A stretch of DNA of 64,000 bases, taken from contig MRSU01006018.1 of the NCBI GenBank assembly GCA_008369845.1, positions 1 to 64,000 of the forward strand, read 5' to 3'. A program made the translations under genes and the position numbers. The stretch comes from Trichomonas gallinae (Eukaryota). The notes below the pieces were generated by a model that was not told the origin of the DNA, did not search any database, and saw only the letters and a list, made by a program, of their open reading frames with translations. This document shows, piece by piece, positions 11,644 through 24,337 of this stretch (positions within the stretch are counted from its first letter, which is position 1; each line of letters begins with the position of its first letter).

Positions 11644-12002
11644 GAAATATAATAAAACATACACTATCCTTTTGTACGATCTAATAAAATATATTTTCTC
11701 TTTTCATCATTTATTTTTTGCCAAATAGTTTTTCAAAACGATTGTCTTGAATTCTTCCATATCATGTTCGAGAATTGCAGTACTAGAGAATGAATTCTCA
11801 TCAGCTTCCTGAGTGCCCATAAAAGACATGTTATAATATTATATTATGATCCTATTGGTTGTTTACCAATTAATTTTTATCACGTAATTGAGTTTACATA
11901 ACAAATGTCTAAAATAGATGTAGTGTCACTTTTATAATTTACCAAATAATATTTGCCATGTAATTTATTTTACATAACAAAAATTTCAAAATCTCGTTTA
12001 GA

Positions 12003-12470
12003 ATGTCCTACACTTTAGATGACATTGTATATAAAATTAACGAAATCAAGGAGCTAATGAACCACCAAGAGCTTTATGATGCGAACTCGGTGACTCCAAA
12101 CAGAGTTAAAGTTCATCAAATTCAAAATTTAATTCAAAAACTCAAATTGATGGAAAATTCGTATAGAGAGCATACTGGAGATATTCCAGAAGAAATACAA
12201 TCTAAAATTAAGCTTGTTCAAAGTGATCTTCGATTATTGGAAGCTACAAGCTCAGATGATTCAGCTGATGATCACATTGAGCGACAAGAAATAGATATCG
12301 AAATTCCAGATGATGCGAAAAGTAATGCCTCTTCAATAATTGAATCAAATACAGATAATGATACAGAAAATACAGAACCAAAGACAACACAAAGAGATTT
12401 CATCTATTCTTTGACAATTGCTATTGTCTTTTGCATCATCTTTGCTTTATTATGGTCATATTTCGTTTAA
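12003..12470 (+). CDS. Hypothetical tail-anchored membrane protein with N-terminal helical/coiled-coil region
   Basis: 155-aa ORF ending in a single hydrophobic segment (FIYSLTIAIVFCIIFALLWSYFV). Confidence 0.7.
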   Translation: MSYTLDDIVYKINEIKELMNHQELYDANSVTPNRVKVHQIQNLIQKLKLMENSYREHTGDIPEEIQSKIKLVQSDLRLLEATSSDDSADDHIERQEIDIEIPDDAKSNASSIIESNTDNDTENTEPKTTQRDFIYSLTIAIVFCIIFALLWSYFV

Positions 12471-13283
12471 TAGTTTTTATTTTTACCACCGAAATCATGC
12501 ATCACAGTTCAGTCACATACTAGATTCAAAAGATTTCATTTTGGTTTTTGAAATCAATTGAAATCGAAAATGTATTTTTGTTATTTAAACTTTGTTGTTT
12601 GTTATTAAAGATATCAAGTTATATTAATCTCTATATTCAACAACAACCTTTAAAATCAAACATTTTTGAAAATGATTTTCTTTAATCATATGAAATTTAA
12701 AAATATAACTGCATAATATAATGACAGACATTTCAAATCAAGAATTAATGACAATGACTTAGTTATACCGAGATTTTGCAAAAAAAAAAAAATCAACGAA
12801 CTTGAAAAATTAAATACTTAATGACTACGCATATGTTGTATATCTTATAACCCATACATGTATAATGAATACTTCCATGTGTATGCATATCAAATACTTT
12901 AACCGGTAGCTAATCAGTTCTAGAATAGATATATTCGCCTTTATTTTAATTATGCATTCTCGGATTCATTATTTGACATGTAATCGGATAACTAGCAAGC
13001 AACACAAAATAAAACACTATGACATATATACTATAGTATATACCCTACATATCTATAATAGTTATATGATAGCAACTAGTTTATATACAGAGATACATTA
13101 CAAAATAAGATTCCAAAAACCGAAGGGCTCAAATTGAAGGAAAAAATGATGCATAACAAACTCAGTTCAATCATTTGCAAACATTTTAACTTTTACTTGT
13201 GATATTTAAGTAAGTTGCAGTGAAAAATAGCTGTAAAATCAAATATATGTATAATTTAAAACAAATAAAAACGATAGTATTCA

Positions 13284-15323
13284 TTACCTCATTTGGTGAA
13301 GTGACAGCGGAAGAGCATATTCATGCAAAGTCGCTGCGAGGTCATTCAGCTCGTGTTCCAGTCTATCTCCTTGGTTCTCGCATTCAACTTTCACGCCACT
13401 GGACGAGTCAGGGTCCAACATAATCATGACGTCTTTGCCCTGTATTGTGAAGTTGAACAGCTGGCTGGCTTCGTCGAATTCTATTGATCGGTCGTATCTT
13501 TCTCTCAATGCTTCCTGAAGTTTTTGTATAAATAATTCATCAGGCGGCAAATCGGAAATTCTGACTTTGTCGCTTGCATCGTTATAAGACATAATCAGCG
13601 ATGTGACTGAGTTCGCCAAGTAGTCAAGCGTTGGGTCAGCGTTCCACTTCAGAATTGCCGTCTCTTTGTCCTTGTAGATGAGCATCAGTCTTTCCATGAT
13701 CAGAACAAGTTTCTTGGAGACGACTTGTACCTTTCCGAACTCGCTTTGGAGGAGCTTCGTGTATTCGAGCAGCGGCCTGTTGATTGGCACCTCTTGAGAC
13801 ATTGTCGCGTTCAGTGTTTTGAGAGTTGTGTGCGTCGAAAGTTCCTGAGGTGACATGATCATGTTCTGGCCGTCCTTCCTGACGATGATGCCGCTGATGT
13901 TGTCTTTGTTGTCTGAGAGTCCACCAGTGATGATTGCAGATGGATTGGACTGGAACCACATTGTCGCCTTCTCGCACAATCCAGGCGTGTAGACTTCGAG
14001 GCCATCCTCCATGAACATCTGTAGAAGTTTCTCTTTCAGCTGCATCATGAGGCCGGCGACGCCGTGGATCAAAACGATTCTCTTCGGCTTCAGTTCTGTG
14101 ATGAAACGCGACGTCTGGTTGAAGTCCGCGTGGCCTGAGAAAGAGACATAGTTGATTGAGATCTTTCTCGGAACAATCTTGCCTGAAAGAGTTGTGATTT
14201 CGGCGGGATTCTTCATCAAAACTTGCGGCAAAGTTCCGTCGACGATATAACCTGGAATGATTAAACCATTGACTGAGTTCGAGCACCAGGCTTCGAAAAT
14301 CTTGCGGCTCATACCGTTCTGAAGCATGGCTGGTGAACATAAGACGACGCAAGGCAGAGAATCATCGAAATCGTAATCTCGAATATATTTTACGTGTGCG
14401 AGCTCGAATTTGCCTTTGGCTGTGACGACTCTAGAGTTATGATCTTGATAGAAGGCATTATAAGCAGCAATAGCTTGCTTTGCAAGATTTGATCCATAAT
14501 AAATTGGAACTCCGTTGTATTCTGGATGAGATTCCCAGTATTCATCGAGAATGAGAAGCAGTTCTTGCGCACGACCAAGCGCAAAGATCGGAATTAAACA
14601 TCTTCCACCACGCTTAATAATTTTAGTGACATTATCGATAAATCTGTATTCTCTATCGACACGGGACTCAATACGAGCCAAGCCGTGTGTTGATTCCATG
14701 ATTAAAACATCTGGACGAATAATTTCACCGGAAAGAGACTTTGGAATTTCCGCGCCTTGAAGGTGGCGCTCATTTTCAAGTGAAAAATCGCCAGTATATA
14801 AAACTTTAACGCCATCAATTTCAACGAGCCACATGCAAGCGCCTAAAACGTGTCCTGCCGGGTAGCATGTCATCTTGATACCTTGGTGAGTAACTGTTTG
14901 GTGATAGTTTACTGCTGTGATCATGTTTTGAATGTTTGCAACATCTGCGCGTGTAAATAAGTTTGGTTCTTCACTTCCTCTGCCAGAAACTCCGACATAG
15001 TCGACAAGTAAAGTCTTTGAGATAGATTTTGTCGTGTGTGTCATAAAGCAAGGACCTGAAAAATTCGTTTGTGTTAAAAACCATGGAACAGCAGTGATAT
15101 GATCAATATGGAAGTGAGTAATAAGTAAGACATCAATTTTGCCGGGATCAATGGCGTCTATAAATGGAAGTCCGCCAAAGTTTTCGTAAGCAGGATGAAT
15201 TCCGCAGTCGAGCATGACTCTTTTGCCGTGATATTTGAGAACCATGCAGCTCCTGCCGACTTCCTGGCCGGCTCCAAGGGGCATAACTGTAAGTTTGTCC
15301 TCACCAACTTGAACTTCCTGCAT
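13284..15323 (-). CDS. CPSF3: Cleavage and polyadenylation specificity factor 73-kDa endonuclease (metallo-beta-lactamase/beta-CASP)
   Basis: PLGAGQEVGRSC, MLDCGIHP, ITHFHIDH, AGHVLGA, YTGDFS, PIFALGRAQELLLILDEYW, SFSGHAD, LIHG. Confidence 0.95.
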   Translation of the reverse strand: MQEVQVGEDKLTVMPLGAGQEVGRSCMVLKYHGKRVMLDCGIHPAYENFGGLPFIDAIDPGKIDVLLITHFHIDHITAVPWFLTQTNFSGPCFMTHTTKSISKTLLVDYVGVSGRGSEEPNLFTRADVANIQNMITAVNYHQTVTHQGIKMTCYPAGHVLGACMWLVEIDGVKVLYTGDFSLENERHLQGAEIPKSLSGEIIRPDVLIMESTHGLARIESRVDREYRFIDNVTKIIKRGGRCLIPIFALGRAQELLLILDEYWESHPEYNGVPIYYGSNLAKQAIAAYNAFYQDHNSRVVTAKGKFELAHVKYIRDYDFDDSLPCVVLCSPAMLQNGMSRKIFEAWCSNSVNGLIIPGYIVDGTLPQVLMKNPAEITTLSGKIVPRKISINYVSFSGHADFNQTSRFITELKPKRIVLIHGVAGLMMQLKEKLLQMFMEDGLEVYTPGLCEKATMWFQSNPSAIITGGLSDNKDNISGIIVRKDGQNMIMSPQELSTHTTLKTLNATMSQEVPINRPLLEYTKLLQSEFGKVQVVSKKLVLIMERLMLIYKDKETAILKWNADPTLDYLANSVTSLIMSYNDASDKVRISDLPPDELFIQKLQEALRERYDRSIEFDEASQLFNFTIQGKDVMIMLDPDSSSGVKVECENQGDRLEHELNDLAATLHEYALPLSLHQMR

Positions 15324-15420
15324 TTTGGCACTTTTTTGTCACGTTTACACTTGTTCACTCTAAAATAATTAAAATCCTTTAAACCACAACATCCTTTTTA
15401 TAAATATATTCCAATTTTCT

Positions 15421-15660
15421 CATTTAATTATACTATTTCCATATGTATTTTGTATCAAATTTTCAAACTGTATTATAAGGATCTTCACTCAATTATTTTA
15501 TATTACTGTGTTCTCAATGTTTCAAATATATCATTTAATTGTACTATTTCCATAAGTATTTCCTTTAAAAGTATCAAATCTATTTTCAGACTTTATTATT
15601 AAGATCATTACTCAATTATTTTATATTAATACGTTCTCCATATTTCAAATATATCATTTA
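15421..15660. repeat. Degenerate intergenic tandem duplication (2 copies, about 110-130 bp)
   Basis: CATTTAATT.TACTATTTCCATA.GTATTT...GTATCAAAT...ACTCAATTATTTTATATTA...TTTCAAATATATCATTTA occurs twice, starting at about 15421 and 15532. Confidence 0.75.
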
Positions 15661-17440
15661 TTTAGGTTATTTATATATAAATATCATGAGATAGACTTGT
15701 TATTTGACTTCATTTCACATTCGAACAAACACAATAAACTATTTATGGGATGGAATGAATTTTAGGTTTATGGAATGAATTCTGCAAGAAAGAATCTCAA
15801 ATTTTTTCAATAATGAAATATATCATCAGGATCAAAATTCCTTTATACATTCATTGATATCTGGAACATAACGAATGGTTTCACAATGCATCTACGCTTG
15901 TTCATTAAAATTAACAAATTTCAAGCCATAGATTCAGTCATTATCCTATTTTCAAGCCATGCAATTGATACAATTACCATATTTTTTGTCATCAACATAA
16001 AATAAATGAATAAATATTATTTGATTTTATTAGTCGTTATTTGCAATGGTATATTTATCAATGTTTGATATATCGAGGAGTGAGTAAATATAATGAGTTT
16101 GAATGAACTAATGACAACAATATTAAGCAAAATAAAAATTAACTGCGATTTGCTAAATTGTAGATAAGCTAAATGATGGTTATGATATCATATATGCCAT
16201 TATTTCAACTGAAAGTCTTGTTCATGCAGTAAGATATTGCTGTTATATTACAGAATTGATTTTATGCTTATCGGGCAATTGAAACATGTATCATGATGAT
16301 TTCAAATATCTGTCGTTTCATAGAACACTCTTACCTGAATGTCCATCCGACCACGCAAGTTATTTCCAACCTAAAAAAACTGATAACAACCATAACAGCC
16401 TTCGAAATGTAAAATATATTAAACGGGTAGTATATTTATAGCGCGCTTAAGCTGAATAACCATGTTTTCGGAAAAATTGCCATCGAAACTATGTCAATTA
16501 TGACCAAAATGGTGTACATTTCTGTCCCAATAGATCAGGATATCCTTGGATATAAAATTACCAACCGAATCAGCATTGAAAATCAACGATAGAGAAGATA
16601 AAAATATATTTAAGTTCGATTGACTTTTTGAATTGTTTACAAAAAAGATTCATAAGAGGTTTAAAAGTTGTATTATACTCCATTAGCCTTGTTATACCCA
16701 AATATCAAATAAAATGAAGAAGGTTAATCGATAAATTGAGACCTTTTCAATTATGTAAAATTCATTTTAACCTATAATTTTATAATTCAATATATATCCA
16801 ATAATAATTTTCCAATACAAAGGAAACTCGTAAAAATGAAAAAATCTTTTTGTATCCTATTATATATGAATAAAAGATTAAAATTATTGCATTTATACTT
16901 TAATTTAAAAATTCTATATGTATTTCTTAATTTTCTATATAAATTCATTGAATATTATAGAATTTTTTTAACTATGATATAAGTTTGTAATTATAGTTAT
17001 ATAATTTTATGTTAAAAATGTATTTATAATATTCTCCATGTAATTTTAATATTCTATATATACCCAATTAATGATGAGTAAAACCAAAGGATTATTCAAA
17101 AATTCAAATCATTCTCAAAATTTAACTGAAATAATTTTCACTTCACATGGCAATTTGATAATTCGTTTGATCATATATTGCATAGATAATATTAATTAAA
17201 AAGAGAATAATAAAAAATATCAAATGCGAATTTTTGTGTAACAATCATAAAACCGCAAAAGTGAAAATAAATATATTGTGTAATATTTAATAATCATTAT
17301 TTTTAGACCAAATATAAAATTGAATGAATTTTATATTTTTGTAAAGATCTTTATTTTATTGTATATTTTCAATAAATAAGTTTTACAAATTTCTGATTTT
17401 TTTAATTTGAATTGGAAAATTTTCATATCAAAAAACAAAA

Positions 17441-19378
17441 ATGGGCTCAGCACCAAGTGCTCCTATCATGTCAGTCCTGGCAACAGGCGAACAAGACTCT
17501 CCTTTCGCTATTAGAAGGCACCCGAACTTCAAGAACGGCACAGCTATTAATCCAAAAGAGTTCCCAGAAATGCAGGCCTTCATACTGAACATTTTCAAGA
17601 AGTACAAGGATAGAAACTACCTTGGACACCGTGAGAGGATCGATAAGGACACATTCGGCAACGAATACAAATACATTACATACGGTCAGGGAGAAGAAGC
17701 CGCATTTAACCTCGGTTCCGGCCTTGCCGAACTTGGTGTCACTCTTGGAAAGACACTCGGTGTTTATTCAACGAATTGCGCTGAGTGGGTCCACGCCATC
17801 GACGGCAGTAGCCTCTACGGCTATGTAATCGTTTCCCTTTACGATTCCCTTGGTCCAAACGCTCTCAACTACTTGCTTGAGCACTCTAAAATGGAAGCTT
17901 GCATCGTTTCTCAGACAAATCTCGACAAATTAATGAAGATTGTCTCTGAAAACTCATATTATCTCCGCTTAATCGTTGTTATTGGCACAATCCCAGAAGG
18001 TAAATACCAGACAAATCTCAAATTAATGACATTTAAGGAAATTTGCGAACTTGGCAAGAGAAACTTCCACAAATTGCCAAAGATCGAGCCAGAGCACCCA
18101 CACTTCATCTGTTATTCATCAGGAACAACAGGAAATCCAAAGGGTGTCATAATTTCACATCGTGCAAGCGTTTCTAACACGATAGCCGCCGCTGATGTCA
18201 TCAGAATTGGAGATGGTGCACGTCACCTTTCATACTTACCACTGGCTCACGTCTTCGAGCGCTCTGCTCTCGCAGTTATGGCTTATGGCGGCGGTATGGT
18301 CGGTTTCAACAGCCAAGGCGTCGCAAAACTCGTCGAAGACATGAAGGTACTTAAACCAACACTCCTCGTTGCCGTTCCAAGAGTCATGTACAGATTCAAT
18401 GAAGCAATCAAGGAGAAGCTCAGCAAGAGCATCATCAAGAAGGGCCTTTTCTGGGGTGCCTGGTACGCTAAGCGCTTCTGCATCGATCATTACTTGCCAT
18501 ATGGCATCTTAGATACAATAGTTTTCAATCAGATCAACGCCATGATGGGTGGCTGCATCCAGCAGTTCGTTGTTGGCGGTGCCGCCATGGATGCTTCCAT
18601 CCACGAGATCATCCAGGTCGCTACAGGCAAGCCAATTCGAGTTGGCTACGGTTTAACAGAAGCTGGCTCAGGAAACGTTTGCGCACCAGACGATCTCCAC
18701 TTCATCAAGCCAGGATCAATCGGTGGTCCACTCCAAAACGTTGAAATCAAGCTTGAGCCAATCGATGATTACGATGATCCAACATGCGGTCAAATCCTCA
18801 TTGGAGGTCAGTGCCTCTCAAGTGGTTACCTCAATGATGCCGAGGCCACAGCCAGATTGTTCACAGACAGCACACATAAGTGGATCAGAACAGGCGATGT
18901 CGGAAAATGGGACGAAGACGGTTTCTTGAAGATTGTCGACAGAATGGGCTCCATCTTCAAGCTCTCACAGGGTGAATACGTCGCTGCCGAGTCCCTTTCT
19001 CAGATCTACGACAACGTTCCAATCGTCCTCCAGTCCTTCATCTATGGTGACGCAAGTAGGACATTCCTCGTCGCCATCATCGTTCCAAGGAAGAATGAAG
19101 TCGCCAAATGGCTCGGCAAGGGCAAGATCACAGATGAAGAGTACAACAAGGCTTGCCAAAGCAAGGAGCTCAAGAACTACATCCTCGACGAATTGAAGAA
19201 GGCGGCCACAGAAAACAAGTTATTCGGCTACCAGAGAATTGCAAACTTAGCCATCGAACCAGAGCAGTGGACACTCGAGAACGAATACATGACACCAACA
19301 TTCAAGCTCAAGAGGAAGAAACTCGAAATGAGATACGTCGAAACAATCGAGAAATTATACGAAGAGTGCGCTAATTAA
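17441..19378 (+). CDS. Long-chain fatty-acid--CoA ligase (AMP-binding)
   Basis: YSSGTTGNPKGV, SYLPLAHVFER, VGYGLTEA, TGDVG..DGFLKIVDR, FKLSQGEYVA, TPTFKLKR. The MGS N-terminus may be myristoylated. Confidence 0.95.
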   Translation: MGSAPSAPIMSVLATGEQDSPFAIRRHPNFKNGTAINPKEFPEMQAFILNIFKKYKDRNYLGHRERIDKDTFGNEYKYITYGQGEEAAFNLGSGLAELGVTLGKTLGVYSTNCAEWVHAIDGSSLYGYVIVSLYDSLGPNALNYLLEHSKMEACIVSQTNLDKLMKIVSENSYYLRLIVVIGTIPEGKYQTNLKLMTFKEICELGKRNFHKLPKIEPEHPHFICYSSGTTGNPKGVIISHRASVSNTIAAADVIRIGDGARHLSYLPLAHVFERSALAVMAYGGGMVGFNSQGVAKLVEDMKVLKPTLLVAVPRVMYRFNEAIKEKLSKSIIKKGLFWGAWYAKRFCIDHYLPYGILDTIVFNQINAMMGGCIQQFVVGGAAMDASIHEIIQVATGKPIRVGYGLTEAGSGNVCAPDDLHFIKPGSIGGPLQNVEIKLEPIDDYDDPTCGQILIGGQCLSSGYLNDAEATARLFTDSTHKWIRTGDVGKWDEDGFLKIVDRMGSIFKLSQGEYVAAESLSQIYDNVPIVLQSFIYGDASRTFLVAIIVPRKNEVAKWLGKGKITDEEYNKACQSKELKNYILDELKKAATENKLFGYQRIANLAIEPEQWTLENEYMTPTFKLKRKKLEMRYVETIEKLYEECAN

Positions 19379-19915
19379 TTATTTTATATATATTCTTTTA
19401 TTATTTAAAAATCTATTCTCATTATACTAAACTTTTTCATCAACTAAATCATATGCTCATTTCTATATTAGGTTTAATATCCAAAAAAAAATATTGTTTT
19501 TTAGTTATTAAATATAGTATGATTGTTTCCATAGATTAAGATGTAGATTTTCATTTACAATATAAATTAGTCATCAAATCTTGTTATTATAAAATCTTAT
19601 AAATATGATTTGTTTTGTTATAGTTTTATCACTACTATTTTCCATAACTACAATATTTATATATAAAATTATTTCAGAAATTGCTATAACAATATAAATT
19701 AACAAAAAAATAATTTAGATTTTAAAATTCCTGAGTAAATCAAGAATTATCCCCTAATTCTTCTAAATAGTCTATTGCTAAAGTTTAGCACGAAGATAAT
19801 TAAAAATGATGCTTTTGGAACAATTTCTGACATGTAATTTGTCATTTTAGTTTGTAAATTATGATGTGTCAGGACATTTTGTCAAAAATATTAATTTGTA
19901 AATTCTTGTAAAAAA

Positions 19916-20707
19916 ATGATTAAAGTTCTCGCAAATCGTTTAGATCAGTTTAAAGAGATCACAGAGACTCAGAGGTCGTTCGACAAGGATTTAGCAATCT
20001 CCACGCTTGAAGAAATGAAGATTTTACTCACGAAATGCGACTATTTATCGAATGATGCAAAAAAACTACCGCGTTATGATAGATTAGTCTTCAGAGAAAT
20101 ACTTGAGTTAGGTGCTATTCTCGCCGTTAGAACCAAAAATGATGCCGAAATTCAAAAACTATATCAGCAATTGAGATTTTTTTACTTTGAAAACGAAGAC
20201 CTTCCAAAATCTCAAAGAATGTTCTCAATTATTACAATCAATTTACTTTCTTGCTGTTGTCAGGGTCTTATTGTTGAATTTCAAGCAGATTTAATTCAAG
20301 TATTGAATAAATTCGGTAAAATCAAGCAATTCGGCCCATATTTACAGTTTATTTTAGATGTAGAGCAGGCAATTACAGATTCTAAGCTTAGTTTAATTAC
20401 AGAACTCCAAGAAACTGCTCCATCAACATTATTTGCTCCTTTCATGGAAAGATTGGTCGACCACGTGCGTGTACAGCTCACTAAGAATATCTGCTCACAG
20501 TGCAAGATAGATCTCAAAGGACTTGTTTCTATTCTTAATATGAAAGACACAGAAGAATGCGAAAAATTCCTTACAGCACATGAATGGAATAACTTCCAAG
20601 AATACGTAGTTGTTCCGGTCGATACTCAAACTGTCCCCGTTTCTCCTTCTATTAAGAAATTAGATATTGTTCTTAGTTCTGCAATGCGATTCAATTCACT
20701 ACTTTAA
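19916..20707 (+). CDS. 26S proteasome lid subunit Rpn12/PSMD8-like (PCI fold)
   Basis: REILELGAILAV..QKLYQQLRFFYF, LPKSQRMFSIITINLL, LDVEQAI and FMERLVDHVR follow the Rpn12 pattern, though divergent. Confidence 0.75.
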   Translation: MIKVLANRLDQFKEITETQRSFDKDLAISTLEEMKILLTKCDYLSNDAKKLPRYDRLVFREILELGAILAVRTKNDAEIQKLYQQLRFFYFENEDLPKSQRMFSIITINLLSCCCQGLIVEFQADLIQVLNKFGKIKQFGPYLQFILDVEQAITDSKLSLITELQETAPSTLFAPFMERLVDHVRVQLTKNICSQCKIDLKGLVSILNMKDTEECEKFLTAHEWNNFQEYVVVPVDTQTVPVSPSIKKLDIVLSSAMRFNSLL

Positions 20708-21060
20708 GTCATGAATATATATATTATTTGTATAAAGTTTTTTTATGAATAGAGTCAAAAAAATTCAATATTTTTTTTTTCAATCAAACATGTTTAAAAA
20801 TATATATGAAGTTAATCGTCAATGAATCTTAAACAAAAGAGAAAAATATTTTTTTATTTTTTAAATTTATATTACGATAACTATTTGTTTTTGTCATGAA
20901 TTTATATATTAATTGTTCTATATTTTATAATTATTATATATAAATTGTTCTATTGTGTATTTTTTGCTTGATTTTGGAATATGCCATGTAAATTTAAAAA
21001 TGACAAGTAAATAATAATTTTGCTGTGTAATGTTTTCAAAAAATTAGGTTAAATTTCCTA

Positions 21061-24000
21061 ATGACAAGAAATGAAACTTCACTTCCACCTAATTTAAATA
21101 AGATAAGAGACTTCCCGGTTACTTTATATATTGACTGGGTACACAGATTAGTGGAAGTTTTTGGAAAAATACCAATGTATGAACCTTTCGAAACAATTTC
21201 AAAAACACAGACTAGTATTTTATTCTTTTCAGGTTGTTTACCTAGTGTAAGAGCCCAAGATCCGCAATCTAATCAAGCTTCTCCAACGCATTTCTGGCAT
21301 GATATAAGTGATTATAACACAAACATTGAACAAGTAATCGAAGAACAATTTACGACAGCCTTTGAAAAAGTTATTCGAGTTTTTCAACTAAATCAGTCTG
21401 CATCTGAATTCAAAAAAATTCTTGAAGCTGCAAAAAAGAAAAACATGCCTTCTAAACGATTTCTTTTAGAATACTACGCCTATGGAACTCCACCTGTAAC
21501 AGAAACAGGCGATTTACACTTTTGTTCAAATCGAGGAATCGAAACCATCAATATTAAAGAAGTTTTAAATCTCGCAGGACCAACTACATGCTTTATTTTC
21601 GACTGTGACAAGTCAGGAAGCTTGAAACCATTTATTGAAGAATATGCTCAACAAAATCAGACTGATACATTTGCTTTCTTCTCTGATAGTGATGGAGAAT
21701 GCATTCCACGGTCAAGTGGGTTGCCAACAGACTTATTTACTTCATGTTTGACGACACCAGCAAGAATGGCCTTATTATGGCATTCCAGGCATTATTTCTG
21801 CTTCAAAAATGGTCCACTTACTCCATTAAATACGTCATTTCAAGAAGAAACCGAATGCGACTTTACAAAAATTTATCAGAATATTAATACGTTACTGAGA
21901 CATATCGTTGAAGCCATGGCTTTCAAAGTTATGGATCGTGATACTTTTAATAAATTATTCAGAAAAGATCGCGTTGTCGCACAAATTGCAATTAATTTTG
22001 TTCTTGCTCAAAGAATCTTTTCATTTTTCGAGAAAAAGCCGACATCATATCCGGAGATTCCAGATATGACTAAAAATTCTCTTTGGAACAGTTTCGACAT
22101 GAGAATGGACGCAGAACTTTTCAGCGTCCCTAAATTAACAAATTCACAGAGTGTGCCTGAATCAAAAATGTTCATGAATCTCCAGATACCATTTCACGTC
22201 TATTTGAGGCATGTTTTAACGACACTAGACAATGCTGTTATTGTATCAAAGCCAGAAATCAACTATTTCCCAGAAATATCATTCATGCCGTCAATGCTCA
22301 GCGAAAAACTTCTCCAAAAGGATGCCTGCTACACTCTCGCGAAGTTCTTAGATAGATCTCCTGAATGCATAAAGACATCGCTTCATTTCTCCGTTATTCC
22401 GAAGTTAATTCAAATTCTCGCTGAAGGCGAAATCTTGGCTTCTGTTTTCTGCATGATTAAAATATTTAATTACGAGCCATCAATGTGGAGGCATTTCACT
22501 AGTGCAGGTGAAAAAGCGAATGGACCAACACTGCCCATAGATCCTATCATAGGATGGATCAAAAAAGAAGAAATTCCAACATTACCGTTCATTTTAGCAA
22601 CATTACTTGCCAAAGATCATGAAGTTGGAACGAAAATGTTCGCTGAGAAAGATTACTTGCCTCTAATTCTTCCTTTCTTCAAGCATCGCCACAATGATGT
22701 CAGAACATGGTCAATGTTCTTTGTTTCATGCTTCGCTAAGTATCTGAGTGATGATAAAATCAACCAGATATTCGAAGCAGCCAAAATAGCAGAAGATGAA
22801 CATGATCTCGAAATCAAACTTGCCAATTTATATCTTTGCACACAATTATCAAACGGAAAAGCAACACAAGAGCAGATGAAGATCATAGAATACATATGTA
22901 GCTACATTGACTCACCATTCCATGTTATTCGAAGCCAAGTTCTTTCTTCAATATCTATCTTTTACTCGAATATGCTGAAGCAAACTGGATCTATTCCAAG
23001 AGAATATGAAGTTATCTTCGCAAAGAAGCTGAAAGAGCTATATATGGATCAGCATTCAGAAATATCTAACATTGCTGGAATAACTCTCGAAAAAATGGCA
23101 TCGCATGTTGATGCTGCAAGACAATCAACAGTTTTCCAAAGCTTTTGTTACAGATTATTCGATCGCATTTACAAAATTCTCGAGAATCCAGAGTTGCGCA
23201 TCAACGGACCAACAAGAAAAATCGTTAAAGAGCCTCTAAACATCGAAATCAAGCCTCACAAGAAATTTAAGTCCTTCACTCCTGGCTCTGTTTTGTCACA
23301 TTCAATAGATATTACATCCAACATGGTTTATGATGATACCACTGACTGTATTTGCTTCGCTGACGAAAATGGCGACTTCCACATCAAAGGATTCAAGGAT
23401 TCAAAGATCAAATCAACGCGGACATTATCTAAATATAGAATCGATCACATCGAGCTAATTAAAAACAATGATCATCCAATTTTGTTCTCATCAGACTCGA
23501 AAGGCGTCATTCATGGATATAATATTCTTAATATGAATGATACAACAAATTTGGGTTTAGTTTCTGTCTTCGAGGCTGAGCCAAGTGAAGACACACAGCT
23601 TAGAAAGTACTTCAGCGCTAATGATTTGTTCGGATTTATGCTGACTTACACGCAAAATAGCAACAATCAGGTCAAAATATTCGATCTCCACGAGGAAAGG
23701 CTCGTGAGAACAATAACAACACAGAAACCAGTACAATATGCATCATGGACAGATCCGATGTCAAACACTCAACTTGGAATAATCTGTGAAAGCAGCTTCA
23801 GCATCTACGATATGAGAAGCATGGAGCAAATATTTGATTTGAAGTTAAAAGAGCCTGGATTCCAGTATTTGACCATAGATTGTCCATCAATGAAGTTCGC
23901 TTTGGCTTCGCAGTGCGGCCACATATTCAACATCAACTTCAATGCGACGGACACAATTGAAAAAACACTTTCATCGCCAGGAACAACGACATCATCTTTC

Positions 24001-24228
24001 GCAATGCAGTACTCTTCAAGGAGATACCTTCTAGGACACGAAAAAGGCATAACATTGTTCGATAATCAAAACAATACTAACCTGACTTTGTCGAAATTCT
24101 CGAAGATTCTAGGATCAACAACCGTCATCAGTAATGTCACTAATTGCCTTTATCACCCTATTGAGAATGCAATAAACATCGTTACAAATAAGAATATCCT
24201 TTACATCAAAGGATATGATTCAGATTAA
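21061..24228 (+). CDS. Raptor/KOG1-like TORC1 subunit (RNC + HEAT + WD40)
   Basis: RFLLEYYAYGTP, FIFDCDKSG, LPTDLFTSCLTTPARMALLWH, FNKLFRKD..A..AINFVLAQRI and PTSYPEIP match the Raptor N-terminal conserved domain. Confidence 0.9.
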   Translation: MTRNETSLPPNLNKIRDFPVTLYIDWVHRLVEVFGKIPMYEPFETISKTQTSILFFSGCLPSVRAQDPQSNQASPTHFWHDISDYNTNIEQVIEEQFTTAFEKVIRVFQLNQSASEFKKILEAAKKKNMPSKRFLLEYYAYGTPPVTETGDLHFCSNRGIETINIKEVLNLAGPTTCFIFDCDKSGSLKPFIEEYAQQNQTDTFAFFSDSDGECIPRSSGLPTDLFTSCLTTPARMALLWHSRHYFCFKNGPLTPLNTSFQEETECDFTKIYQNINTLLRHIVEAMAFKVMDRDTFNKLFRKDRVVAQIAINFVLAQRIFSFFEKKPTSYPEIPDMTKNSLWNSFDMRMDAELFSVPKLTNSQSVPESKMFMNLQIPFHVYLRHVLTTLDNAVIVSKPEINYFPEISFMPSMLSEKLLQKDACYTLAKFLDRSPECIKTSLHFSVIPKLIQILAEGEILASVFCMIKIFNYEPSMWRHFTSAGEKANGPTLPIDPIIGWIKKEEIPTLPFILATLLAKDHEVGTKMFAEKDYLPLILPFFKHRHNDVRTWSMFFVSCFAKYLSDDKINQIFEAAKIAEDEHDLEIKLANLYLCTQLSNGKATQEQMKIIEYICSYIDSPFHVIRSQVLSSISIFYSNMLKQTGSIPREYEVIFAKKLKELYMDQHSEISNIAGITLEKMASHVDAARQSTVFQSFCYRLFDRIYKILENPELRINGPTRKIVKEPLNIEIKPHKKFKSFTPGSVLSHSIDITSNMVYDDTTDCICFADENGDFHIKGFKDSKIKSTRTLSKYRIDHIELIKNNDHPILFSSDSKGVIHGYNILNMNDTTNLGLVSVFEAEPSEDTQLRKYFSANDLFGFMLTYTQNSNNQVKIFDLHEERLVRTITTQKPVQYASWTDPMSNTQLGIICESSFSIYDMRSMEQIFDLKLKEPGFQYLTIDCPSMKFALASQCGHIFNINFNATDTIEKTLSSPGTTTSSFAMQYSSRRYLLGHEKGITLFDNQNNTNLTLSKFSKILGSTTVISNVTNCLYHPIENAINIVTNKNILYIKGYDSD

Positions 24229-24337
24229 CTTGTTTGAATAAATATGTTTTCTATTGTTATAATTTTTACTTTTTCAAACTATCTCAACTCAGTAAATAGT
24301 TTGCATCACTCCAAGTATCTGCAGTAAGCATAAGAAA

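Noticed and set aside
15700..16750. Possible decayed gene in the 2-kb intergenic region
   Set aside because: No ORF of 60 aa or more and no recognisable motif could be reconstructed by eye.
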